Positions 10,757 to 19,604 of a DNA stretch of 22,396 bases are shown in pieces. The stretch lies in contig NW_021836902.1 in the NCBI RefSeq assembly GCF_006345805.1, positions 1 through 22,396 on the forward strand, in the 5' to 3' direction. The position numbers and the translations under genes are program-made. Each line of letters starts with the position of its first letter. The stretch's first letter is position 1. The stretch comes from Octopus sinensis (taxonomy: Eukaryota). The notes under the pieces are model-generated. The model saw nothing but the letters and a program-made list of their open reading frames with translations. It was not told the origin of the DNA and did not search any database.

Positions 10757-10970
10757 GACCTGCAAAAAATAGCAGCTAAATCTCTCTCAAACTCAAATCG
10801 CATTCTTATTGCTCTGGGAAAAGTCACGCTCAATAACGGAGATTTTCTTTTCTTTTCTTCATTGTAGTTTGAAAAAAAAAAACCCCCAAAGGGATAATCA
10901 CGGTTGGACTGTTTTTCGGTCTTAGATTTTCTCCATCAGGGATGACCTGGAGCTACACAACAGCAATAAC
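10757..10970 (+). mobile_element. retroposon-like interspersed repeat family E, copy 1, with (AAC)-like tail
   Basis: agctaaatctctctcaaa matches 14267-14284 at 15/18; tcagggatgacctggagct matches tcagagctgacttgcagct near 14404 at 15/19. Ends in acaacagcaataac. Confidence 0.55.
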
Positions 10971-11048
10971 AAGCACCACTTAGCGAACCTCAATGCTCAT
11001 CAGCACCATCTTCTGCGCCGTGTGCTTTCAACTTAGTATTATATTATA

Positions 11049-11332
11049 GGCGTAGGAGTAGCTGTGTGGTAAGTAGCTTGCTTACCAGCCACATGGTTCC
11101 GAGTTCAGTCCCTCTGCGTGGCACCTTGGGCAAGTGTCTTCTACTATAGCCTCGGGCCGACCAAAGCCTTGTGAGTGGATTTGGTAGACAGAAACTGAAA
11201 AGAAACCCGAATCAAAAGAATAGACCGATAGAATAAGTACTGGGGCTTACAAAGAATAAGTCCTGGGGTCGATTTGCTCGACTAAAGGCGGTGTTCCAGC
11301 ATAATCACAGTCAAATGACTGAAGCAAGTAAA
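11049..11332 (+). mobile_element. SINE family A with intact head and no internal microsatellite
   Basis: ggcgtaggagtagctgtgtggtaag... head with A-box-like tagctgtgtgg and B-box-like gagttcagtcc, CORE-like gcaccttgggcaagtgtcttc, joined almost directly to the 3' module. Confidence 0.92.
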
Positions 11333-11340
11333 GGAGAGTA

Positions 11341-11508
11341 TACACTATGGTCCTAAATCTCTGTATTGTCTTAACACTATGTGTAGTCTTAAGACGTATA
11401 GTCGTAGAATATTGTGTTGCCTTCAAACACTATGTGAACTTGAGACATTGTAGTTACAAAGACACTGTTGTAGCCTTCTGTTATACGTCTTAACACTATG
11501 TCATCTAA
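11341..11508. repeat. degenerate tandem repeat (acactatg / tgtagtcttaagac motifs)
   Basis: gtcttaacactatgt occurs twice and palindromic gtcttaagac lies at 11386-11395. Similar motifs resume after the two MITEs (about 11990-12010 and 12104-12160). Confidence 0.55.
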
Positions 11509-11510
11509 TG

Positions 11511-11987
11511 CAGTGAACCCCCGATTATCGCGGTAGATTGGTTCCGAGACTGGCCGCGATAACTGGATTTCCGCGAAGTAGGGACACCATATTTACAGTA
11601 TTTATTTAACGTGTATTTGGACTTTTGAAACCCTACCTGTACTGTTAACAACCCACCCATTACAGTAGTCTATTAATAACAAGGACAACTGTTAAGCAAT
11701 AACACTTTAAATTTAAAAAAATAAAGATTGTTACTGTTAGACAAGATTACAAAATAGACAAGATTATAAAATAGAAAGCTCTCCATTGCACGAATCACAG
11801 CCCGTCTTAAGTTCAAATACCCCTGTATATGCTTTTTTGCTATTTTACACTTGTTTTGTTGTTCCTAGACTAGGAAATAATATTTATTATTAATATTTTA
11901 ATGGATTTAATGAAAAATTTTAAGCGTTCAAATCCGCGAAGTCGTGAATCCGCGATAGTTGAACCGCGAAGTAGCGAGGGATCATTG
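11511..11987. mobile_element. Tigger/pogo-like MITE
   Basis: Left end cagtgaacccccgattatcgcgg; reverse complement of the right end is caatgatccctcgctacttcgcgg. Repeated subterminal ccgcgaagt/ccgcgata motifs. TA follows the right end; the left flank is TG. Confidence 0.8.
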
Positions 11988-12011
11988 TAATGTTGAGTAT
12001 AGTCTCTAGAC

Positions 12012-12103
12012 CAGTGGTTCCCAACCTTTTCATTACCAAGGACCCCAGGATATTGAAATGTCTGTCAGCTTAACATGTTCACTGTCCCCGTTGGGAACCA
12101 CCG
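12012..12103. mobile_element. 92-bp hAT (Charlie-like) MITE
   Basis: TIRs cagtggttcccaac and gttgggaaccaccg (13/14). Left 8-bp flank ctctagac fits the NTCTAGAN Charlie target; right flank ttattgac matches it at 5/8. Confidence 0.8.
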
Positions 12104-12271
12104 TTATTGACTTTGTATACTATTACGATGTTGTAATCATAAGATATTGTCTAAGCTTAAGTTTCCATTTGTACTGGCTTCGAAATGGAGGTAACTTCCA
12201 TTTAGTCCAATGATAGTGAATTTATGGCATGTATGTGTCAGTAGTGAAACGCTACGAGTATTTTAAAAGGC

Positions 12272-12784
12272 CAGTGCTACTCAAAGTGATGGTCCCGCGG
12301 ACCGGCGCCGGTCTGTGAGCCATCAGCTGCCGGTACGTGGCGAGTTTCCAGAAAAGAAAGAAACATTATAAAATGATTATAAAATATTGTATTATTTGTT
12401 TACAATGTAAATATAAGATTTTTAAAAAAAATGTCAACTTTTATTATATTCATCGTTTCCGGTATAAATTAATATTATCAAGAAATATTCTTTTCTACTC
12501 TAGGCACAAGGCTCGAAATTTTGTGGGGAGGGGACCAGTCGATTAGCTCGACCTCAGGACGCAACTGGTACTTAATTTATCGACCCCGCAAGGATTAAAG
12601 GCAAAGTCTACCTCGGCGGAATTTGAAAGACAGACAAAATACCGCTAAGCATGTCGCCCGGCGTGCTAACGATTCTGCCAGTTCGCTGCCCTAATTACTA
12701 AGAAATATTACCAATTCCTGGCACATTGGAATATAAAAAATAAAAACTACCAGTATGTCACATCAGATAGTTTGAGAAGCACTG
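12272..12784. mobile_element. hAT MITE with MER5/Charlie1-like ends, containing a nested SINE
   Basis: TIRs cagtgctactcaaa and tttgagaagcactg (13/14), with subterminal ggtcccgcggaccggcgccggtc. The 8-bp flanks match only 4/8. Confidence 0.75.
12490..12693 (-). mobile_element. SINE family B nested in the hAT MITE, with target-site duplication
   Basis: Reverse complement begins ggcagcgaactggcagaatcgttagcacg and aligns with the copies at 15325-16165. Flanked by attatcaagaaatatt (12474-12489) and attactaagaaatatt (12694-12709), 14/16 identical. Confidence 0.88.
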
Positions 12785-13145
12785 TTTTAGGTGACACTCG
12801 ATAAAATTCGAAAACAAAATCTGCTAGTTTTTTTTTGTTTTGTTAAAAAAAAACAACTTCTGCCTACACATTAAGCTAAAACTAATAAAGCTTTCCTACC
12901 TATACATTTATCTAAGGTTAATATAAAAGAATTACGGAGATGTACTTGCATAGCAAGTGACCTGATCTGAGATCATGTGCTGGAACGAAAACAATTGCAG
13001 CGTGGAAGGTGTTTATAAGCCATTTAAGAAACACACAAAAAAGAAATAACGCTAAAAACAAGTTTATATTATAGTTTCTATACACGTTTCACTATTATGG
13101 CTGCTGTTTGGAACCCGGTAATAGTTGTTCCAAGTTCATTTAGAT

Positions 13146-13705
13146 CGGGGTCAGGGAACTTTCTTAACCGATTACCCAAACATATATATTACGCTGACGT
13201 TACCCCCCCTCATTTAAAAGGAGGGAAAATCATAAATTCTCTGAATTCAAAAGGTTTATTGAATACATTTATATGAATCTATTTACACGTCCATTACAAT
13301 GCACAGATGCAGAAGAAAAGTTTCTGCTGTAACAAGGAACACGTTTATATATATATATAATATATATATATATATAATATATATAATATATATATATATT
13401 CTTTTACTTGTTTCAGTCATTTGACTGTGGTCATGCTGGAGCACCGCCTTTAGTCGAGCGAATCGACCCCAGAACTTATCTTTGTAAGCCTAGTACTTAT
13501 TCTATCGGTCCCTTTTGCTGAACCGCTAAGTTACGGGGACGTAAATACACCAGTATCGGTTGTCAAGCGATGTTTGGGAGACAGACACAGAGGCACAAAC
13601 ATACACACACACATAATTTTACTTATGTCTAATGAGTCCACATTGCCCCCAAGAATTTCATTTTTACCCCACTTGAGGTAATTTATCCCGGTTCGTCGAC
13701 CCCTG
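13146..13705. mobile_element. degenerate hAT MITE containing a (TA)n run and a nested SINE A fragment
   Basis: Left end cggggtcagggaac; reverse complement of the right end is caggggtcgacgaac. Flanks atttagat and gtttaaat match 6/8 and are Charlie-type. Subterminal ttaccc motifs at both ends. Confidence 0.55.
13399..13613 (-). mobile_element. SINE family A, 3' module only, ending at the internal microsatellite
   Basis: cttttacttgtttcagtcatttgactgtggtcatgctggagcaccgcctttagtcga... is the reverse complement of the family A 3' module. Confidence 0.92.
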
Positions 13706-13897
13706 GTTTAAATAATCTCTATCTATTTATCTACACACACACGCACGCGTGAGTGCATGTAATATACAGGCTTATATGTAAATATATAAATGACATCCCT
13801 TTATCAGAGTGGATAGGACACGAGTACAAACCGGGATGTTGATGGTTCACATCATGTCGGTGGTCAGTTAGAAACACGTACCATCGAAGAGGAACGG

Positions 13898-13953
<56 letters not shown>

Positions 13954-14031
13954 TGTTCTCGAAAAGTCTACGAGAAGTCAGAATATTTATTGCGTAGACG
14001 ACATAATCGGTTCGGGATCCTGCGACTAAAT

Positions 14032-14083
<52 letters not shown>

Positions 14084-14261
14084 ACACACACAATAATATC
14101 TTGAACTCTTCGATTAGAGTGAATAAAAAAAAAAAAAAAGACCATCAGAAGTTCAAAGAAACCAGAGGCAGTCTTGATTCAGGTCGTACATCCGTACATC
14201 CACCGAAGACAAACGGAGTCAACGCGAGGCAGTCTCTTGACGCAGTCGCTCGGCTTAACGA

Positions 14262-14415
14262 CAATTAGCCAAATCTCCCTTAAATCACACACGCTCTGCT
14301 CTGTTAAAATATAAAAAGATATATTACATCGGATCGAGTTGTCTAAGACGAAACGAGGCAGTATGGTCATGGCTGGAACGCCTTTGATCATATGTATGTT
14401 CGTTCAGAGCTGACT
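14262..14415 (+). mobile_element. retroposon-like interspersed repeat family E, copy 2
   Basis: Two blocks homologous to 10757-10970; ends in acaacaac. Confidence 0.5.
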
Positions 14416-14448
14416 TGCAGCTTATCCACAACAACGGTAGCTGGTCAA

Positions 14449-14776
14449 TGTATGTATGCATGCATGTATGTATGTATGTATGTATGTATGTATATGCATG
14501 TATGTATGTGTATATATACGTATGTATATGTATGTATATATATGTATGTATACGTATGTATATGTATATATATATATATGTATATGTATGTATATATGTG
14601 TGTATATATATGTATGTATATATATGCGTATATATATATATATGTGTGTATATATGTATGTGTATGTATATATGGATGTATAAATATGTATATGTCTATA
14701 TATTTGTCTATATATGAATATGTTAATATATGTATATGTATATATATGCATGTATATGTATATGTATATATGTGTG

Positions 14777-14808
<32 letters not shown>

Positions 14809-14896
14809 CATACATACATATGTATATATATGTATACATACATATATATGTATATATATGTATGTATATACATGTATATATATATGTATATATACA
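14449..14896. repeat. degenerate (TATG)/(TA)/(TG) compound microsatellite
   Basis: Seen directly; source of the Y/M/V/I-rich ORFs. Confidence 0.95.
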
Positions 14897-14994
14897 CCGA
14901 GATAATTGGTGCGTGGTGGGGAGATGACTGTGTTCGTAGAAACCAATTTATAAGGCAGACAAATGCCTTGCTTGACTACAAACTGATAACAGTT

Positions 14995-14997
<3 letters not shown>

Positions 14998-15052
<55 letters not shown>
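14998..15052. repeat. (CT)n microsatellite
   Basis: Seen directly. Confidence 0.95.
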
Positions 15053-15056
<4 letters not shown>

Positions 15057-15090
15057 ATATATATTTATCGCTCTGTCTGTCTGCCTCTCT

Positions 15091-15120
15091 CTGATGAAGA
15101 GTAAGGATCCAAAATGTTAG
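15091..15120 (+). ncRNA. decayed minimal hammerhead-like motif
   Basis: CTGATGA-a-gagt(aagg)atcc-AAAATGTT. Restoring two CpGs gives c-GAAACGTT. Only 2 bp of stem I remain. Confidence 0.35.
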
Positions 15121-15184
15121 TTTCTTTACTTCTACATACTTCTATTGGACTCACCCAGCTCCTTTTTCTCTTAGTTAGTAGGAG

Positions 15185-15185
<1 letters not shown>

Positions 15186-15244
<59 letters not shown>

Positions 15245-15253
15245 CATTATTAT

Positions 15254-15300
<47 letters not shown>

Positions 15301-15313
15301 TGTTATTATTATT
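15186..15313. repeat. (ATT)n-(ATC)n compound microsatellite
   Basis: Seen directly. Confidence 0.95.
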
Positions 15314-15324
15314 AACTCATTAAT

Positions 15325-15495
15325 AAGTCGGTGAGCTGGCAGAATCGTTATTGCATCGGACAAAAATGCTCAGTAGCATTTCTTCCGGCCCCAGCTTAGC
15401 TTCTCATCCTTTCGGACTGTATAAACTGCCGGTCAATGTAATCGACGTGACCCCTCCCTTCAAAATTTGCTAGCCTTGTGCTAAAATTAGAAAGG
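15325..15495 (+). mobile_element. SINE family B, tandem copy 1
   Basis: aagtcggtgagctggcagaatcgtt...catcctttcgg...gtcaatgtaatcgac...gccttgtgctaaaattagaaagg. Confidence 0.85.
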
Positions 15496-15500
15496 TTAGT

Positions 15501-15682
15501 AAGGCAGCGAGCTGGCAAAATCGTTAGTTGCAACAAACGAAACGTTTAGCCACATTTGTTCCGGCTCTCTCTGTGTTCTAGGTTCAAATAGCGACGGCTT
15601 CAACTTCGCCATTTTATCCTTTCGTGTGAGTATATAATAAGGTGCCACTCAAATATTGATGTCGATGTAATCGACGTGCTCC
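15501..15682 (+). mobile_element. SINE family B, tandem copy 2
   Basis: aaggcagcgagctggcaaaatcgttag...ggttcaaat...atcctttcg...gtcgatgtaatcgac. Confidence 0.85.
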
Positions 15683-16165
15683 AGAGCCAGCAGAATCGTT
15701 TGTGCACCGGACAAAGCGCTTAGCAGCTTTTCATCCGGATCTTTACGTTATGAGTTCAAATACCGCCGACGCGAACATTACTTCCATCCTCTTTTTTTTT
15801 TAATTCAAGCCTAGCCAGGCTCATGGGCCCGGTTTCACGATTTCTGTGGCGTATGTGTTCCTCCCAGCTGGACGGGATGCCAGTCCATCGCAGCGTTACT
15901 CAAGAAACAGGAAGAAAGAGTGAGAGAAAGTTGGGGCGAAAGAGTACAACAGGGTTCACCACCACCCCCTGCCAGAGCCTCGTGGTTTTCGCTCAATAAA
16001 CACACGCAACGCCCGGTCTGGGAATCGAAACCGCGATCCTCCGACCGCGAGTCCGCTGGCCTAACCACTGAGACATTGCGCCTCCACCTTTATAAAATAA
16101 AGTATCAGACAAATATTAGAATCGATGTAATCGACTAGCTGCACTAATGCTAAAATTAAAAATAG
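15683..16165 (+). mobile_element. SINE family B, tandem copy 3, split by the family C insertion (parts 15683-15790 and 16088-16165)
   Basis: The 5' part runs cagcagaatcgtt...gagttcaaataccgcc...ttccatcct. The 3' part resumes with ctttataaaataaagtatcag...atcgatgtaatcgact...tgctaaaattaaaaat. Confidence 0.75.
15791..16087 (-). mobile_element. SINE family C (tRNA head, V-domain-like core)
   Basis: Reverse complement head gtggaggcgcaatgtctcagtggttagg...ggtttcgattccc carries A- and B-boxes. Core ctgcgatggactggcatcccgtccag lies at 15868-15893. A-rich tail toward 15791. Confidence 0.85.
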
Positions 16166-16396
16166 TTATTAATTTAATTATAACTGTTTAACACGGCGGC
16201 CAACGCCAGTTTCTTGCGACTCTGGCTTGTAACTCTGTTTATATACATCAGTAATTCTCAATTTTTTTTAGCATCATTGTGCCCTGGAGATCAAACAAAA
16301 CATATATAAATAAATATTAGAGTAATATAGTTTCCTTGTCAAACTCTGCAAGATATAAGAAATAACACAATGCGATGGTTTGTACTTCTACTTTGT

Positions 16397-16436
16397 ATTT
16401 CAATATTTCGCAGATAGAAGCCCTTCTTCAGGAAAT
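16397..16436 (-). ncRNA. minimal hammerhead-like motif, canonical core, weak stem II
   Basis: atttc-CTGAAGA-a-gggcttctatctgc-GAA-ATAT-T-gaaat: perfect 5-bp stem I and palindromic AUAU stem III. Stem II pairs poorly. Confidence 0.45.
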
Positions 16437-16510
16437 CTTCAGAGAAATTGTGTTGTGAGCTGGTTTCCCTACTCTGTAGTGTGTGTGTGTGTGTGTGTAT
16501 GTGTGGGAAG

Positions 16511-16704
16511 GGTCATTGGACTTGCCGCCGTACTGGGAACCGCCTCGAGGGGCTTTATTGAACGAATTGACCCCAATATTTATTTTTAAGTCTCATTCTA
16601 CTATCGGACTCTTGCCGAACCGCTAAAATGGTGACCGATAAATTTACAACGGTCATCAGGCGGTGGTGGAGAACAAATTCAAGGACACACACACACACAC
16701 ATAC
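16511..16704 (-). mobile_element. SINE family A, diverged 3' module ending in (CA)n
   Basis: ggtcattggacttgccgccgtactgggaaccgcc...ctatcggactcttgccgaaccgctaa aligns with the reverse complement of the family A 3' module. Confidence 0.75.
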
Positions 16705-17020
16705 AAGGCGCGTGGCTTAGTGGTTAGAGTATTCGGCTCACGATCGTATGGTCGTGAGTTCGATTCCTGGCGACGCGTTGAACAAGACGCTTTATTTTCA
16801 CGTTTTGCTCCAGTCCACTCGGCTGGCAAAAATGCATTGTACCTGTATTTCAAAGGGCCAGTTTTGCCATTTTCTGTGTCACACACTGAATCTCCCCGAG
16901 AACTAAGTTAAGGGTACGCGCGTCTGTGGAGTGCTCAGCCACTTGCATGTTAATGTCACGTGCATGCTGTTCCAGTGATCGGATCACCTGGAACCCACAT
17001 CATTGTAACCAACGCAGTGC
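16705..17020 (+). mobile_element. SINE family D (tRNA head with intact Pol III boxes, CORE/Meta-type body)
   Basis: A-box tggcttagtgg (16713-16723) and B-box gagttcgattcc (16756-16767), then aagacgctttattttcacgttttgctccagtccactcggctggcaaaaatg. Flanked by (CA)n on both sides. Confidence 0.8.
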
Positions 17021-17135
17021 TATTTACACACACACACACACACCACACAATAGAAATACATCTCTCTCACTGTCTTCGACGGTAGAATTGTTGATTACAG
17101 AAATCCTCTACCTATCTTTTCTTTTCTTTTCTTTC

Positions 17136-17237
17136 TCTCTCTGAAGATGCTATGGTCCACTGCCATATACGAAGCTTGTTCTTGTGCGCTGAGAAATTCA
17201 GCGTGTGCATATCTATTCTGGAAACAGCTGTAAAAGG
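17136..17237 (+). ncRNA. hammerhead-like motif with long stem II domain, in a probable Penelope LTR-type fragment
   Basis: tctct-CTGAAGA(17141-47)-73 nt containing a cgctga/tcagcg hairpin-GAA-ACAGCTGT-A-aaagg: canonical core, perfect 8-nt palindromic stem III, stem I 4/5. The stem II base pairs poorly. Confidence 0.45.
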
Positions 17238-17326
17238 CTATCTGCACACTGTCTTATTATTCATTAATTTCTATGATAGACTCTATTGTAACAACTCTAC
17301 AGTTATGTCTAAATATATAAATTTAA

Positions 17327-17819
17327 TGCTCTGGCAAGACTTCCGCCCGTCTTCTCCAAAAAACCACCCTCTAAAAAATTTTTGTTTTTCGACACCCACC
17401 CCCATTTTTGGCTACGGGCAATACAAATCTGCAAAAGAATTGGCAAAAGTCAGCATTTTTAAATTACCCCCACCCCCATTTTTTTCTCTCAAAATATGCG
17501 GAAAAACACGGAGTTTATGATTCTGAAAAAAATCTCCAAAACTTTTTGTAAATTTTTTTTTAAAGAAATTTTTTCTTATTCTAAGTATGCGCAAAAATAC
17601 AGACATTATGATTGGGACAAAAATTTCAAAACATTTCTGTAGTTACGGTTAGGGGAAAAAGTCAAAATTGAAGAATTTGGGCAGGAAGGGAGAAAAATTT
17701 AACAATGCCGATTTTTGGCAATTTTCCAGTACCTCCGTATCCGAAAACGGGGGTTTTTGGCAAATTTAGGAGAAAATGGGAGGGATGGGGGGGGGGGGGG
17801 CTGAAGTCTTTCCCATGCT
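17327..17819. mobile_element. TTAA-flanked MITE with about 140-bp imperfect TIRs (Kolobok/T2-MITE-like)
   Basis: TTAA at 17323-26 and 17820-23. Ends including flanks: atttaatgctctggcaagacttccgccc vs reverse complement atttaaagcatgggaaagacttcagccc (22/28). 17398-17417 vs 17735-17754 match 17/20 inverted; 17428-17465 pairs with about 17696-17730. Confidence 0.75.
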
Positions 17820-18660
17820 TTAAATTGATATCAGTTGTTTACCTGTTCACTCTTTCTGTCTGCTGTACGTGTACCCGCTCAATGATAAACCACTTATAGC
17901 CGTTCATTGCCAGGCAGCTACAACACCGGTTTTTGCTTTAGTCGCAGTTCAAGCCGGAGGTTTAGGTGATAAGTCAACCTGAGCATTTATGGTATATATC
18001 TCAAGCATATCTGAACTGATAAGAAGTGTGTGTGTGTGTCTGTGTATGCGCGCGCGTGCACACACATACACACACACATATGTATAGTTGTAGCTGAAGT
18101 TATACTGACTGTTTCACGCTTGACCAGTTCACCAGCATCCGATGTTATAACAAATGTAACTATAATATATGCAGAATAAATGTGTTTTTTTTCCCCTTTA
18201 TATAAGAAATCATTGAATAAGTTACGCTGACGATATAAAAGTTTTTGATGTTCATGGGGACGCTATAGTTTAAGGTTACCGTTGATGAACGCGTACGTAC
18301 ACATTTGCATACGCACACGTACACACACTTTTAGTGACCAATGATGGTTGGTTGTTCTGTTTACACGACAGGGAATATACATAGGAACACGAGGGAGGGA
18401 GTTCCACACTTGTCCTCAAACAACAACCACCATCACCATTATCACTACTCTCACCATCACCACCACCGTCTTCATCACCTTAGCAGGTGTTTCAGAGAGA
18501 GTGTGAGTGAGGGAGGGAGACTGGCAGGCAGGCAGGCAGGCAGGCAGCAAGGAAACCCCCGTTTGGAAACAGGGATCTCTTTGCAATATCTGGGACATTT
18601 AAAGAGAGGTTTAATGTGTTGGCAGCAAACAATGGGAATTAACACATTTGTCTCTGCCAT

Positions 18661-18741
18661 TATTCACCTCCCCTCCCCTCCCCTCCCGCTCATTATATCT
18701 CCTTCCCTCCCTCTTTTTCTTTCACCTTGTTCCATTCTCTT

Positions 18742-18773
<32 letters not shown>

Positions 18774-18827
18774 TCCCCTTTCTTGCTCCAGCCTATTTTT
18801 TTTTTACCTTGTTCCAGCATCCCAACT

Positions 18828-18863
<36 letters not shown>

Positions 18864-19573
18864 CCTACCTACCTACCTACCCATCCATCCATCCATCCAT
18901 CCATCCATCCATCCATCCATCCATCTATCTATCTATCTATCTATCTATCATCTCTCTCTCTCTCTCCGTCTTCTTTGTCTCTCCTTCATTTCTTTCACTC
19001 TCACTCTCTCTCACATACACTGTGTGTCTATCTTTATACCTTGTTTTACTTGTACCTTATCTTATCACCTTTCTCCCGTCATTCCCCGTTCCTCCTACTC
19101 TCTCTCTCGTTTCACTCTCCTTTACTCCAGTCACTCTATCACTCTATCTCTCACCTTTCCCCCCGTCACTCTTCTTTTCTCTCTCTATTCCTCTAACACT
19201 TTATCGGTCACGTAACTTAAACCATGCACTTTCTCTTTACCCCCCCCCCCCAAAAAAAACCCCTCATTTGCCCATACACCCACTTTCGGACCTTCTAGAA
19301 CCGTCATTCTTTCTCTCTCACTCGTCCTTCCACCATTTTATTCTTTTTACACTTTCTCTTTCTCTTCCTCTCTCTCTCTCTCTCTCTCAACGTGTATTTT
19401 CACCTTTTGTTCTCTCACAGCTTTCTTTTTCCCTCCACCTTTCTCACTTGCTCTCTCTCTCTCTCTCTCACTCACTACTTTTTTTTTTACTCTTTCTTCA
19501 ACTCCCTTCTCACCCTCTTTATCTTATCAACTCTTACTTTCTCTCCTGCTCCCTACCTCTCTGTTTCCTTATT

Positions 19574-19604
<31 letters not shown>

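Noticed and set aside
12936-13038. Segment resembling an abundant octopus interspersed repeat
   Set aside because: Recognised only from memory. There is no second copy, TIR or TSD in the window to support it.
13820-13885. GAAACACGTA motif, and a loosely similar hairpin at 2804-2833
   Set aside because: No CUGANGA core, and the shared sequence is only about 9 exact bases.
14392-15120. 242-aa ORF and the many overlapping Y/I/M/V/C/H/T-rich ORFs across the window
   Set aside because: Microsatellite translations.
16705-16780. Possible tRNA gene (also the heads at about 11049 and 16010-16087)
   Set aside because: A/B boxes are present, but there is no convincing acceptor-stem cloverleaf and each runs into a SINE body.
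18223-18299. tacg-CTGACGA...GAACGCGTA-cgta hammerhead-like arrangement
   Set aside because: One A of GAAA is missing and no stem II closing pair forms, so chance is plausible.
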